Source of the DNA: Amoebophrya sp. A120
Lineage: Eukaryota; Protista; Dinoflagellata
Assembly (NCBI GenBank): GCA_905178155.1
Contig: CAJINV010000018.1
Coordinates: 130,479-194,478, forward strand
Direction of reading: 5' to 3'
DNA: 64,000 bases
In this document: positions 42,126 to 55,456 of the stretch, one piece after another
How the letters are laid out: each line of letters starts with the position of its first letter
Numbering within the stretch: the stretch's first letter is position 1
Notes under the pieces: model-generated
What the model saw: the letters and a program-made list of their open reading frames with translations, nothing else
What the model was told of the DNA's origin: nothing
Database searches by the model: none
Translations under genes and position numbers: made by a program

Positions 42126-45100
42126 TCAACTTTTGCTATGGATACCACTGCTCGCAAAGTCTTTATCTTCAGCGTCAGCCGGACCTGTCTGTTCTGCTGC
42201 GGCAGTGCCAACGTCAGTTGCGTCTTTCACAAGACTGACTCTGCTGCCATCATCCTCACGAGCACCAGAGGCCGGGGGTGATATCGAATGCTGCTGAAGG
42301 ATTCCAGCAGGTGCTGTGCTTGGCGAAGCTAATGCCGTAATTGCTTGCCGCTCTGTGGGTTCAGGTTCGTGCTCCGCGGGGGCCGCCACTGCAGCGTGTC
42401 TTGCGTCAGCATGGAGACTAGCTCCGGTTTCTGGGGGATTCTCAATCGCCGGATCCGGAGATATTGCTATTTGATCTGCCCCTGTCGCAGAGGCGACACC
42501 CACTGTTGCGGGCATCGCTGCCCCGGAAACACCTTCACCCTCCGGGAGAGCCGCATCTACTTGTGCGGGAAAAGTCGCTTCTTCTTCTAGGTTCTGCTTC
42601 TCACGGCCCAAATCTCTTGACTCAAAGACAGCACGCTCCGCGTCCGCGCTTGTGGACACCGCTTGCTTTGTGCCGGCAGCATCCGGCTCTGTTCTTTGCA
42701 CCTTCAGATCGCTTTGCACTAGCGCGGCAGGAGGAGCAGAGGCCAGAACTGGCGAATTATGAACTTCCGAGGCCGCGGGATTGCTTGCTGGCACGCTGCT
42801 GCTCGGAGCGACACTTTCCGACGCTACGGCAGGCTCGCTAAACGGGTCATCGCCTCCTTCTTCCGCCAGCACTTGGTGTATTTTCGAGACCCTCAGCAGA
42901 TTTGCCTCAGCCGCGAATGTAACATCCCCTGACGCATCGTCGCCCTTGTCTTCTGACTGTGCCGCTTCTCCTGGAGGATGCGCTGGCCGCGAGTCGCTGC
43001 TGTTGCTTTGTAACGCGGATACTTCTGCGGGAAGATCTGTTGACGCGTCGCTGCCCTTGCTTTCTGGCTCAGTCGCTCCTACTGAAAGATCCCCTGACGG
43101 CGTAACGCTGCTGTTGCTAAAAATCTCCTCCCCCGATTCGTCGTTAACGACAATCCAATCGTCCCGCTTTTCGCTCCAGACGAGACGCGCTCGCCCCGAG
43201 GAGCCACCCGACGAGACCGCCATGCCGTACTTGCTGCACCGAGCCACGTCAGTTTCCTGCTCACTGCACGTTGCTGCTGACTCTGTGAGGAGTCTTGTCG
43301 CAACTACATCTCCGCTACTTGCGTCGGGCCTTTCTTCCGTGGCGGATTTTTTTTTCTCAAGTAGGCCCTGTCCTTCGCGGAAAGCATGCGCTACGACCTC
43401 AGAGCCAGGCGGAGCCGACACATCATGCACGACACTCTTTACACGAGGCGAAAACGCCGCGGCTGCCGCGCTGCGCGCGGATTGCCTGGGTCCGGTGTCA
43501 CCGTTCCTTATTTTTTCGAGTAAAAAATCTAGTTCGCGCAGCACTCGGCGAAACTGCAGCTCCTCGTCAGTAACCCCGACCCAGGATCCGGAGTTTTTCT
43601 GGTAGAGAAGCCCCATGTACCGATTGTTCGCAGGGCTTTGGTGCAGCCAAGTTAGCAACCCCTTCAACTCTGCATCCCCATCCTCGTCCAGTCGCGCCAC
43701 AGCCGCCCGTACTTCGTCGCTGCTGTATGAAGTCAGGCGGTTAATGGAACAGTAAAGAAACTTGTCTTCGTGTAGGTTTTGTTTTAAATACGCTTGCACG
43801 AAGCGTTTTACCTCCACTTCGTAGTCGCGGGGGTCTCCTTGATTCTGTAGTACCTGCACAGCCCTGCCATCGGCGACCTGCCGAAATTTCCCACCGCGGC
43901 TGATCGGGCTGGGTTCCTCCTTGTCCTCCTGCAGGCGCCGGAGGTCTTCATCCACCACCTCTTCGGCATGCTCAGCATGCCGATGCCCCAGCGCACCACC
44001 AGGAAACTGGTGTTGAAACAGGCTGTCTAGTATGCGGGATTTTGCGAGTAGCTCGATCAGTTCCGGCTTTCTGTGCTGGTTCAGCCGAGCGAGTGCTCGC
44101 CTTACATCTCGCTCCTGCAGTTCGAAGTCCAATGCCTGCAATCTGGCCTGCATTTCTCGTTCTTCGACGGCTTTTGCGTTTGTCTCTTCCTCCTGCCGTT
44201 TTTGTTCGGAAGAAATCATTTGCACTGGTTGTGTCTTTGAGACTCTCAGCAGATTTGCCTCAGCCGCGAATGGAACATCCCCTGACGCATCGTCGCTCTC
44301 GTTTTCTGACTGAGCCCCTTCTTCTGGAGGATGCGCTGGCAGCGCGTCGCTGCTGTTGCTTTCTTCTAGCGCGGCCGCTTCTGCGGGAAGATCTGTTGAC
44401 GCGTCGCTGCCCTTGCTTTCTGGCTCAGTCGCTCCTACTGAAAGATCCCCTGGCGGCGCACCGCTGCTATTGCTTTCGGAGTAAGTAGCCGCCTCTAGTA
44501 CTGGAAGATCCCCTGACGCCTCCTCAATTCCGGTAATCTCCTTCCCCGACTCGTCGTCAACGAAAATCAAATCGTCCCGCTTTCTGCTGTAGACGAGACG
44601 CACTCGCCCCGAGGAGCCGCCCGACGAGACCGCCATGCATCGGGGCTCGTCGCCGCTCTTGCTCTCTGCACCGTCGACAGTGGCGGCGCCAGAAGCTAAA
44701 TTTTCAGCCTCCGCTTCTGGGCTATCAGCACTACTTTTGGACAGCGATTCGCCTCCTTCCTCCGTGCCGCTAGCACCGGACGCAATGCAAGCGGTATTCC
44801 AAGTTGATGCGGAGGCCGCCTCTGCAGCTAAGTTCGCTGCGCCTGCTCCAGCGACGCCCGCCGTGCCTGCGTCTGGATGTGGGTTTGCATCGCCGTACTT
44901 GCTGCACCGAGCCACGTCAGTGGCCTTCCGCTTGTTCATGAGGGTGAATCTCTCGTAGTTGTTCGCGGTGATGGTCCTGTAGATGAGCGGGAAGTCCTCC
45001 TTGAATTTGAACTTGCTGACGCCCAGGGCCCGGGCCAGGACCAAGGCCACGAACCCGCTCAAGGTTAATTCTTGCTCACTGCCGGTTGCTGCTGACCCAT

Positions 45101-48100
45101 CATGATTAGCGGTCGGCCATTCTCCTGAAAACGCAGCAGCCGTGGCCGGCCGGGTTAGTCCTTCTGCCTCGAAGATGTCGTGAGGCTCCAGCCTTGCGAC
45201 CGTCTTCCAGTTCTGGCGGCGAAAAATGCGCGGATGTCGTGCGGAGAAGCTGTCAACGGTATCTTCCGGCTCCAACAGTAGTTCCCCAACCTGCGCGAAA
45301 TGTCGACAGGGCCCGCGGCGGGGGGGGTACAGTTCAGGCATGAAATACTCGTCAGGGTCGTACTCGCAGTCTTGATTTTTGTGTAGGTTTTCGGGAATAC
45401 CCATCATTCTGTCACTCGTGATATCGTCGACGCCGCGATCCAAAATGTCGTCCAGGTAGGCACCGTCGGTGATACGTTTCGCCCGACGCACAATAACCTG
45501 CAATCGCTCTTGGAATACCATCTCAGGGTCAGAGGGCACCACGGCAGGCTTTTTTTTTGTCTGATAAAGCTTCCACTTCGTGGAGTCGCCGAGGTCATAC
45601 CAGAACCGCAGAGCTACATCGATTTGAAAAAAGTGGCTCTCGTCGGTGCCCGCCGAGATGTTACGGAAATCCAACTGCACCAGCCCATCTGCTTCCGATT
45701 CCTCCTGGTCAACCCGCATGCCAACGAGAACCGCTACCGGGCTTGCATCCAGTGACGGGCCGAGTGTGGACTTTGCCGTACTTTCTAGCAAGGTCAGCGG
45801 ATCGTCCATTCTACCGCCGCAGCGCTTGTTGTTGAAATTGCACTTGTTGCAGCCGCGTTTGTCGGCATGGCAGTTACACACGTCTTTCGGACAGTTGGAT
45901 GTGCGCTGGGAAACACGATACGATCTTTGTGTAATCTTGCGCGTGTCCTCTTCCTCGGGGGCGGAGTCGTCTACTCTCTTTCCAAACGAAAGATGGCTTG
46001 CAATCTGCAGAAACAGCTCATCGCGATGCGGGTACGCAGCGAACATCGACTTCACAATCGCATTTCCAACTTTGATGAGACCCGACGGGTCTTGAGTTTC
46101 TGCCATGGCTGAAAAATGCGGAACAGAGAGGCTCAGTAATTCTCTCTCGCGCTGCAACAATAGGTCTTTCCAATGCTCTTCTAAAACGGTGCGCGCATGC
46201 TCTCGCTCTTCCACGGATTCATACCTTGTCGCTGGACCGGGTCCTTGGTAGTACGTACTGTCAAAATAGATGGCCCGACGCACTGCTGTTTCCAGAAGAT
46301 TGGGGCTTGTATGGGTTTGATAGGTTGCAAAGTCCTGCTGCCAAAGGTTGCCTGCGCCACCGCATGTGTGCGGTAGATGGAAACGAATTTCAAGTGGCAC
46401 GTTCGTAAACCACGGGGCGGTCTCATTGGTCTCGAGCTCTGTACAGGTTTCGGGAAACACGTTTGAGCGGCTGGTCATGTAGTCGTAGTAGGCCCAGGTT
46501 GGCTGCCGCCCTTCGCCAACACTTTTTCGACCCTGGTGCCTGGAGTGCTTGCAACTGTCGGATGCTGCATTTGAGTCGTGCCGGCCAGACGCAGACCCAG
46601 AGTCGGGGTGCGAATTTATCTCATCTGTCTCAGCAAGCTGCTCATGTCCAGGTCCACCCATGAGTTGGCCATTGTATGTTGCGGGGCGCGAGGTTGCTTC
46701 CGCCGCAAATGGCACCACAACATGTCGAGTTATGTCGTACTTCCTTTTGCTGGTATCTTGGTCTTCGAACCGTAATCCCGGCACGCCGCACGCAACATTT
46801 CCAATGCTGATACGAGGCAGCCGCATCCACCACGGCTGCAGGGCGGTGGCAAGTACATTTGCTCCATGGCCCTCGTTTTCGGGTCCATCGGAAAGCTTTA
46901 AAACCGATGTCATGAACGCAACAGCTGTCTCTGCTGCATCGTGGTGCTGTTTCCGCACTGAGTCGAACTGATCGTCCAGCTTAGACATCCTTGACACCGG
47001 CTCTTCGGGATCGAACCCGAAGGGTGTAATTTGTCTAAAATGCCATGTGTGGTGCAATAAATCTCGTAGGCCTGTGGGGTACAGATGACGGAGCTCCTCT
47101 TCCGCTCCGGTATACCACTCAATCGGTCTAGACACGTCACGAACCCTCCACTTTTCCCCTAGATAGCCGCGGAAGCGTCGTTGCGATTGATGATTCTGAC
47201 CGGAGTGGTGTTGCAAATAATCCCACAAACTGCGGAGGAGGACTAGTGACAAATACAACATTTGACAAAATGCGCTTGCCTCCACAAAGTCGCCACGTTT
47301 GTGCGCTGCGATTGCCCTCATTAATCGATCTTGCCGTTGCATGAGGTAGCTACGGTCGCCGAGTTGCTTCAAAAAACGACCAAGTTGCACGGCGGGTTCA
47401 TCCTTGTCGTCGTCTGGATGTTCGCTGCGGGTGAGGTCGTCAACCCAAAAATCTGGATATCCTACAGAAAAAAGCAGGCAGGGCACATTCGAGATGAAAA
47501 AAATAATGAACAATGAAACCCCCTGCTCTACGAGCTATTGCGGCGCAATAGCTCGTAGAGCCCTGTCATCTTCCACCAAATAAAACATCAATGGTGAGGT
47601 GCCCTGGGCCCCTGAAGGTGAGAATCGAGGGTGGCAACTACAGTCGATCAAACCAACTGATATGCCAGGCAATGGGGAAATGGGTAGGGAACACAAATGT
47701 CTCGGCACAACACGAATGAATACCCCGGGATAGCACGAAAGCAAAAAATAATTAGCAGGAAAATAAGCGGCAATGATTTCTCTGCGTTTTCATTTTCGCA
47801 TTCAAAACATGCCCTGCCTGATTTTTTCTGCGGGATACTGGATAAGCGTCACCCAGAGGGAAAGACCGTATGTCCTCAAAGGCTAATTGCTTATCTACAA
47901 ATTCCGCTGCCAGCGGGTACTTTTCGATCTCGTTGAGCGCATTGCGACGTCTGTACTTGTACGGTGTAGCTTCTTTCGGAAAACGGATCATGATCCTCCG
48001 GTAAAGAAGAAGTATTGCGGGCCCTTTTCGCTCCACTCTGGCTTTATCCAGAGCAGGCCTCTCTGTGTCGCTGTTTTCGCCGGCGTCTGTGAAGATCCTT

Positions 48101-51100
48101 CTTGTTGCTGTAAGCGAACGAGGCTCGTCTTCCCGGAATTCTGCTCTGTTGTGTGCGGCGCAAAATGAAACGGCGGTTTGATTGCGGTGTGCAGCGAGGG
48201 CCCTAAGTATCTGCGATGCCTTCTGCAGTTCGACCAGAGCTGCAGGATGCCTAATCTGCAAGAAAATTGCCGGAGCATCAAAGTTTGGAAGCAAACTCTG
48301 GTCTCGAGTTAAGCTGTAGTGCGACGGCAAGTATCGGATATTGGCTGCATAGTAAAGTTTTTCTGCAGTGAGCTTGTAGAAGCTGGCCGGAACAGTTACC
48401 GGCGCCGGTTTCTTAGATCCCGCTGTTGTGGTCGACGACCCACCCATACCATCAAATCCTGATATAATTTTTTCTGCTGGGACAGGCCGAAAAAGTTCGC
48501 CGCCTATTGGAGCGAGCATTTTCGGCGAGTACGCACCAGGTGGGGGCACTACGGTCGTGCTGTTTAACACAGCTTTGTCCGGGGAGTCTGTGTGAAGCCA
48601 GTCCTTCGCCCGCAGCAAGAGTTCCAAAAAAGGTTCTGCCGACTCCCCTAGCAAATCCCGCTTCCAAAATTTCTGGTACTCTAGCCAATCCTCCCATTTT
48701 GCGATTTTCACGTCGAGAAAGTGACTGAGATCATGGTCGCGCGGTTCGCGCTCTCTTGCAGGAACAAACGTCGGAAGACACGTGCGCAGCCAGCCCTTGA
48801 GCATAAGTTGGGAGTTCGGTTCCCAGCGATGTGGAGCGGCATAGCGTCCCCAGTCTCTGTCCAACACGTTCTGCCAGAGATGCAACAGTTCGGAGACGGT
48901 AGGCCCAAGGTCTTTTCTGTGCCAACTTTTGAAGAAGAATTCATGTTTCTCGAACATGGCGAAGTTATAATCCCTTTTCTCGATGGCATTTTTCTCGTCG
49001 GTAATGTGTCTCCGGATTTTCATTTGGATGCTCCGCAGGCCCCAGAATTTGGATGCTCCGCTCCGCAGGACCTCGTCTCCCAGAATTTTGCCCATTTCGT
49101 CAGGCCCCATCGTTGCTGTCGTCGTAGGACAGGCGCAACTTTTCTGCAGAACGCGGCTACGAAACCTCAGCACGGCGTGCTTGTCTACCGCCACGGCATA
49201 TTTGTAGCGCAGCCGCAGTATCCACTTCAGGACGTCCGAATCGTCCGGCGCAAGGTCATCCCCGACCCCCGGATTGTCACCTGTATTTCTGAACAATTTC
49301 TCTGCCACAGCAAGGTCGCTCCAGGACTCGGACAAACTGGTGTTGAATTTCATCGATCTTGTCCATTCCGGCCCGGGTGGTGAAATCTTCCGAAAGGCAT
49401 ATACCACATGAGACTCTAGAGCACTGTCCTCCCTCAGAAGGCGCTGAATTGTCTCTAACATCTCCAGGTCAATGTGGTACGCGGAGGGGTTTTGCGTGCA
49501 GGAATGATCGAGGCTCTTATTGTTCAAGCGCCACGGGGATGTTCTGGATCGGTCGTCCTCTGGCTTTCGCGATTGCCGTCCGGGAGACAAGTATTTTGCC
49601 CCTGAACTGCTAAAAGTTTCCCAGACTTTCTGCATAGCGGTGTCTTTACTTCGCATGCAGGCTGCCTCTTCTGGAGAAGCGTCGGAAAACAGGTTTGCGT
49701 CCGGGTCTGGTGTTTCTTGTACAGCGGAGAGGCCTGCAAGGTCATATTCACTTTTACGAAAGTCATCATAAAAGTCTATTTCCTGTTGCCACCATGTTGG
49801 CATCCCAAAAAAATAAACTATTTCCTGTTGCCACCATGTTGGCATCGCAGTGCTATTGCCAGCACTATGCGCAGAAAGATTTCGCGACGCCTCGTGCCGC
49901 CGCTCCCTTGAGAGATCGATCGTAGATCTCGAGACACCAGGTCCGCTCCCACCTCTTTCGACCACACCGCATTTCCTTTTCGTAGTGCATTTTCTGCCAA
50001 AAATGGCGTCAGGAGATGGCTCTACAAACGTCACACGAAACTTCTGTATCGTGCCTTCGTCCTTCTGCGGAACGACGCAGTGGCGGTCTATCGTGCTCGA
50101 ACCGCTGCTACTCGACGTCGCAGACCCCATTTGCATGGGCGAGTCGCTTCTATCGGTCTCCACTTCTGCAGGTGCGCTGCTCGCCGACAAAGCCGCACCA
50201 TTTGCGGCTGGCCGTCCTTGTGGATCTGACGAGCTGCTACTCGCAAGAGTGGAAACAAGCGCCGCGCCCGTTGATGTGGCGGTGGGCGCTTCCACAGGCG
50301 GCGCACTTGATGCACTGCAGTTCTCTACTGGCGTGTTAGCAGGCACAGCTGAGGGATGACTACTTGAGAATGCACTTGCCACCTGAATATTTGTGGTTTC
50401 TACGCTGCCGCTGGGAATATCTTCTGGTGAGGTTGCCAGTTGTTCCTCGCTACTAGGATGATCCCGATCCGAACCACCACCAATGCATTCTCCTGTTTGA
50501 TCACTGGGACGAATAGCGGCAGGGGGGTCACCGCGCCCAGAGATTTCTTGCACCTCAGACACCAGCGAAGCGTCGCTGCGGTCGTCGTCCGGCCTGCCTC
50601 GAAATCTCAACCTTTCGTCTGATGCAGTTGCAGCAGCTGCTTCGCCGCCTCCTGCCCTACCACATTCGCCGTTATCGCAGGCATTGGTGCTTATCGACGA
50701 AGTGCCTCCTTCTGTCGCTTCAGAACAACTGTTTGAGTTTGACGAAGACGCACTATGAGTTTCGCTCGAAGAGGTAGAGGAGATGGATACGGCAACGCTG
50801 CTGCCATTTGCAGAATCTCCTACTGCCGTGTTGTCTTCGGAACTGATAGCATTTTGTCCCACGCTTTGAAAAGCAGTTGAAGCGACAGTGCTCTCTTGCG
50901 GAGAAAACAAGGTGCTTTCTCCTGTGGCTATTACGGGAGACGGTTGCGCCTGCTCGGGAAGGCTGCCACGCTCCTGGTTTGATGCGTGCAACGTCGTTTC
51001 TGACTCGGGCGCGTCCGTCTGCGCTTGTGTTGACGTATGTTCTTGCGATAAAAATGCATGACGCGGACGAATTACGTGTGTCGGAAGAGAACTGGCCTGG

Positions 51101-53884
51101 AGGTCGCGATCAGATGAGGCACTTCCACTCAGAGCCTGTGTCGACGAAGTCTCGGGCGGCAGAGGATCTCTTTCGCTTGCAGCGGAGGTTCTCAAAGCTG
51201 TAATTGACGAACTTGGAAGTGCTGCCGGTGTTGAGCTGCTGGTGGAGGATGCTGCTGTCGCTCCTGGTGTTGAGCTGCTAATTGAAGACGTTGCTGGTAC
51301 TGTTGGTGTTGAGCTGCTAATTTCATTGGCGGTTGCTGTTCCTGCGTGATGCGGCGCATCATTTGCCGTGGCGCTGATCACACCGGGAGGAGCAGTCGGT
51401 GCTGCCGAACCGGAGACAGGTGCTGCAGTAGTACTTGCAGGTCCAACAGTGCCGAGGGTTGCTGGTGTCGGGGCGATGCCTGGCTCGGATATGATGGCGA
51501 CTGGACCCCCACCTGAAGGAAAGCGCTGCACCTCTGGTGGAATCAGCGGAAATAGGTCACTGCCGGTCGCCCCAGTCCCGTCGCCACTTGCAGACGGCGC
51601 AGTCGGAGGGCCGTTCTTGTGGACTACTGGAACGCCCCGAGTCGATGCCCGCGGCAAGAAGGCCTGCTTGTTTTGCCCGTCGGCATCAATTTTTGGACCA
51701 AGAAATGCGACGCCGGCCGAAATACCGATTCCAGCGAAGAGCAAGAGGCAGGGAAGCAAAATTTTTCCAACTGCTGTAGACGTCCAGAAACTCTTCGAAA
51801 ACACCAGCCCTGCGGTGCACTGCTGGCCACTAGTTGAAGCACGTTCCAGATTTTCAACTTGGTCGCGGCCAGAGTCATCGTTTGAAGTCAACCTTTCTAG
51901 TGACGCTCGTCGTAGATCCTCGTTTAATCCTTGAGCTTCTGGTGGACCTGTGTATTGCTGCCCGCTTGGAGGATCTTGGCCGCCTTGTGGCGCTGAGTGG
52001 TCTGAGGTTTGTACAAGACTCCGCTGCAACAGCTTCTGGATGGTGGCAAGATCCTCAGCAGTCGAAAGTTCGTCGTGTCGCAGACTTTTGGCCTGGCTTA
52101 CGAGTTGTTGCTCCATCTCGTCAGCTTGCTCGTCCTCGCTGTCGACGGCATTCGCATGATTACCGAAATCTCTTCGAAGCTCCTGCTCTGCGTTCGGATT
52201 GGCAAATACGATTGCGCGGCGGGGAATATGCTTTTCATGCGCGATATGAAAGTGAGAGTTGAAGTATCCACCTCGACATTGACACATCTTCAACGGATTA
52301 TATTATCGATCCTGTTGAATCACATCAGCGGCTTGTTCAATAAAAGCGGGAAAGGCAGCATTTATACTTAGTAGGTGGCAGTTGTTCTAACGAAAACCTG
52401 TCGAGGATACACATCTCACTTTGATAAAACACAGATGCTGAGTTTCCCGGAATCGGACGGATTGTTGCTTGCTGGAAAGAAAAGAACGCGTGTGTGCCTT
52501 GGGCTGTTGCTGAGGAAATCGAAGCGAGTGTGCGCAGATCACCCTCCAGTTCGAATGCAGTGATGCGGTCTTGTGCCTTGCGCACAAGACATCGCTGAAG
52601 TAAGTGCATCAAATGCTCAAACTTGTCCGCTGCGAGCCGATTTTCCGCGGGAGACAACTGCAGAAGCTCCTGTTGCGCAGCGTACGCGGAGTACCTGTCC
52701 GGATACTGAATTTCCATGCAGTTATCCACGATGCAGAACATCACCCGGTTTCTTCCGCCTCTCTGGTTGCACAGGTAGGCGTGCGGCGGCCTTCCGTAAA
52801 TCATAGCATACAAGATGATACCCAACGACCAGACGTCCGTCCCCGACTTCATCTTCATGCTGCTCTCGTACTGCTCACCTTGATGGAACGCTTCTGGCGC
52901 CATGTACAACACCGTGCCGCAATGCCCATCACGACTCACATGAGTTTTGTCGTGCTCGAGCACTCTTGCGAGGCCAAAGTCTGAGAGCTTGATTTTTGTT
53001 CGCTGATTGAACAAGAGAAAGTTTGCTGGCTTCAGATCGAAGTGCAAAATGTTTTTCGAATGAATGAACCGCACCGCGGCGACCATCTGCGTAAAGCAGT
53101 GCAGGATCATCGGTAGTGGCATGAAGTTTGCATTCTGGCGGGAGAAGACATCCCGCTGGTAAAGTTGGAAGTCACAGTCCGCATATTCCAACAGGATGAA
53201 GATTCGCAGCGACGGAGCGTCGCACTTGGAGCCATAGCAGCGCACCACATGCTCGCGACCTTCGTCTCTGTTAATCCGGGTAAGGTTTTCAAGGAGTACA
53301 ACCTCCTGCTGAAAGCTCGCTAGCTGCCGTCGGTCCTGCGCCTTGACGACTTTCAACGCGAAGTTGAATCCTTTCCGGTGCGCCTGGTAGACTTCCGCCG
53401 TCCCACCGCGTCCCAATAAGTGTTGAATTTCGAAAGAGCCATCGCCCACAGAAAAGGACTTCTTCACCTCGTCTTCCCACTGATGCAAGCGCGCCTCGTT
53501 CCCGTCCGGCGGCAGATGCAGACCGCACCGAGGGGGAGGCATTGGACCTGCCTCAGTCGCGCCATTCTCAATGGAAGAAGCAGCTGGGCGTAGTCGGTCT
53601 GTTGTGCCAAGTCGCGGCGAAGACGGAGAACAGCACTTGCGCTCCTTTGTTCCAAGAGTTGATGAGGCAGGAGGGCGCGCTCGGTCCGTTGTACCAAGAG
53701 TTGATGACGCACCGGGCCGGGGTGCTCCTGCCGGTGATATTTGAAGAGTTTCTGATACAGGCGGACGTGCTCGGTCCGTCGTGCCAAGAGTAGATGACGC
53801 AGGAGGGCGTGCTCGGTCCGTCGTGCCAAGGCTAGGGGGCTTGCTGAAGCCTGAATCTCCTTTGGAAAATTGTGTGTACGTCAT
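42126..53884 (-). CDS. ~3,730-aa protein: N-terminal Mps1/TTK-like kinase, one transmembrane helix, long low-complexity/unknown C-terminal region (3 exons)
   Basis: ORFs 52337-53884, 47752-52293 and 42126-47513 join in frame across elements 52245-52426 (SVF|HEKH) and 47458-47837 (AYP|DFWV). The first join is the less certain one. Confidence 0.7.
42884..44925. repeat. Internal duplication (~370 bp) in the tail of the kinase-TM protein
   Basis: MAVSSGGSSGR..KRDD..DESG and GDLSVGATEPESKGSDASTDLPAE..AAEANLLRVSK each occur twice (~42884-43225, ~44235-44636); TDVARCSKYG occurs twice. Confidence 0.85.
47458..47837. mobile_element. Introner, G-like TIR (380 bp, longest here)
   Basis: tatcctacagaaaaaagcaggcagggca...tgccctgcctgattttttctgcgggata; DR ctgga; join AYP|DFW. 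Confidence 0.9.
49776..49846. repeat. Perfect 29-bp direct repeat with a 42-bp period (MPTWWQQEI x2)
   Basis: ctatttcctgttgccaccatgttggcatc at 49776 and 49818. Confidence 0.9.
51697..51762 (-). other. Predicted transmembrane helix
   Basis: ILLPCLLLFAGIGISAGVAFLG is a 22-residue uncharged hydrophobic stretch. Confidence 0.7.
52245..52426. mobile_element. Degenerate introner linking the kinase exon to the TM exon
   Basis: TIR tatgaaagtgaga..gtatccacctcgaca / tgtcgaggatac..tctcactttgata; DR decayed; removing the element plus 5 nt is in frame. Confidence 0.65.
52530..53440 (-). other. Protein kinase domain, Mps1/TTK-like, non-RD
   Basis: LGRGGTAEV, ALKVV, HFDLKPANFLL, KLSDFGLAR, THVSRDGHCGTVLYMAPEA and DVWSLGIILYAMIYG are all present. 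DLKPANFL and the RD-x-x-x-GT activation segment resemble Mps1/TTK. Confidence 0.88.
53580..53840. repeat. Peptide repeat (SST)LGTTDRARPP, ~5 copies, N-terminal to the kinase
   Basis: Visible in ORF 52337-53884. Confidence 0.85.
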
Positions 53885-55456
53885 GCTGCGAAAGCATTCA
53901 CAAAAGACCTAAATAAAGAATGAGTAGATAAGCGGAAAAATAAAGTGAAACTTGTTCTTGCATTTCATACTTGTGACGAGATGAAACAAATCAGAATTAT
54001 CCACGTAGAAAAAAAAGTCGAAACATCTCCAATTATACATGTACTTTTAGTCGGTATTGTTGTGCTATATCGAGCAAAAAAATGAAAACCAAAAAAAAAA
54101 AACTTGCATAGTCTACTCTAACCTTAGTCTTAATGTTTATGAGGTGCGTGTTACCGCATGGCTAAGCGCACTATTTCCAAAGTGCGAATGTGTTTATGGA
54201 CTATCATATTTACGATCGCTCACAAATATCCCCGCTGGTGAATTCAAGTCGACACTTGTTTGAAACTTGCAAATGCAAAGCAAAGGTGAAAGCTGAAACA
54301 AACTGGAAAATAATGCAAGATCCCTCCGTTCGGAAAGAAAGAATTTCGGGCGAAGATCAGTGTATGGGTTGCAAGATCATTCATGATCTACGTCTAGTTT
54401 CACATCATGTTATCTGCGGAGATCGAAGATCAAGAGCCAGAAAAAGTGTTATTACAACATCCATGAGCACCTGTCAGATTTATCACTGACGCTGGGTTCC
54501 AAGAAGGGATCTCGTGCAACTAGCTTGCTCAGCACGACCTTGTACAGGTCCATCTACCGTTACCCAAAGGAGACGAATATGCTTTGAAGATTAAGGTGGT
54601 GCCCGTAGCAACTGCTTCTCACGTTTCGCATCTGCGCCTGAAAGAACAGACACAAACAATGCCACGGAATCTGTGCATAGAAGTGACTTGATAGTGCCAC
54701 AATTGATAGTGCCACACTCGCGTCATCAATAGCGTTCTTCTTCTTGCCTCAACAGGGAAAAACATTACTCCCTAGTGAAAATGTCCATATCATTTACATG
54801 ATCCTTGTAAAATTGTGGCACAACAGCGTGCAGAAACATAATCCTAGAAAATAGCTATCCAAGTATTCATTATATTTACATCGCTCGTTTTTTTTACGCA
54901 TGTCAGCGTTGACTTGTGATTCAAATTCACTTCGAGCGGAAATATCGACTCTACACATAAAAAACTGGAGTAGAAGTATGGCAGTCCATTTTCGTATAAC
55001 GCTTCACAAACTTCGCGTCTCTGCGACGTGTGTCTCTGACAAAACACCTTGTCAGAAGACAAAATCTTTTTCGACCGAGTGGCAAGTTCTGGTCTGAAGG
55101 GCCTTCAAAACTTTTCTCTAGAAAAATGGTTATCCCTAAAGTTCGCTTGAAAGGCCAACAAGCGAAACAAGGTACCCTCATCGGGGTTAGATTAATGTAA
55201 AAATCCTGCTCTTGTTGTTTATGGAAAAGCAGTTTGAGTGCCTGGTAAGAGTCCTTAGATTTTGAAAAACATAGCTCACGAAAAAATGAAAAAATTCAAC
55301 ATCAAACGATAGATATTGTGGGACTGTCCACTCATATCATAGCGTTGATTGCTACAGTGCAGGTGAATGCATCTGCAGAAAATGTTCGTTAGATTTTGAT
55401 CTTACAAGAAGCACAGAATTCGCATTCGTTATGTTTTTATGTGTGCCTGAAGCTTT

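Noticed and set aside
47458-47837. Longest element as a possible autonomous transposon
   Set aside because: It is only 380 bp, and its 69-aa internal ORF has no transposase features.
54688-54716. Short tandem duplication ttgatagtgccaca x2 (also gtcctggac x2 near 35852-35875)
   Set aside because: These are isolated slippage-type duplications in intergenic DNA with no further structure.
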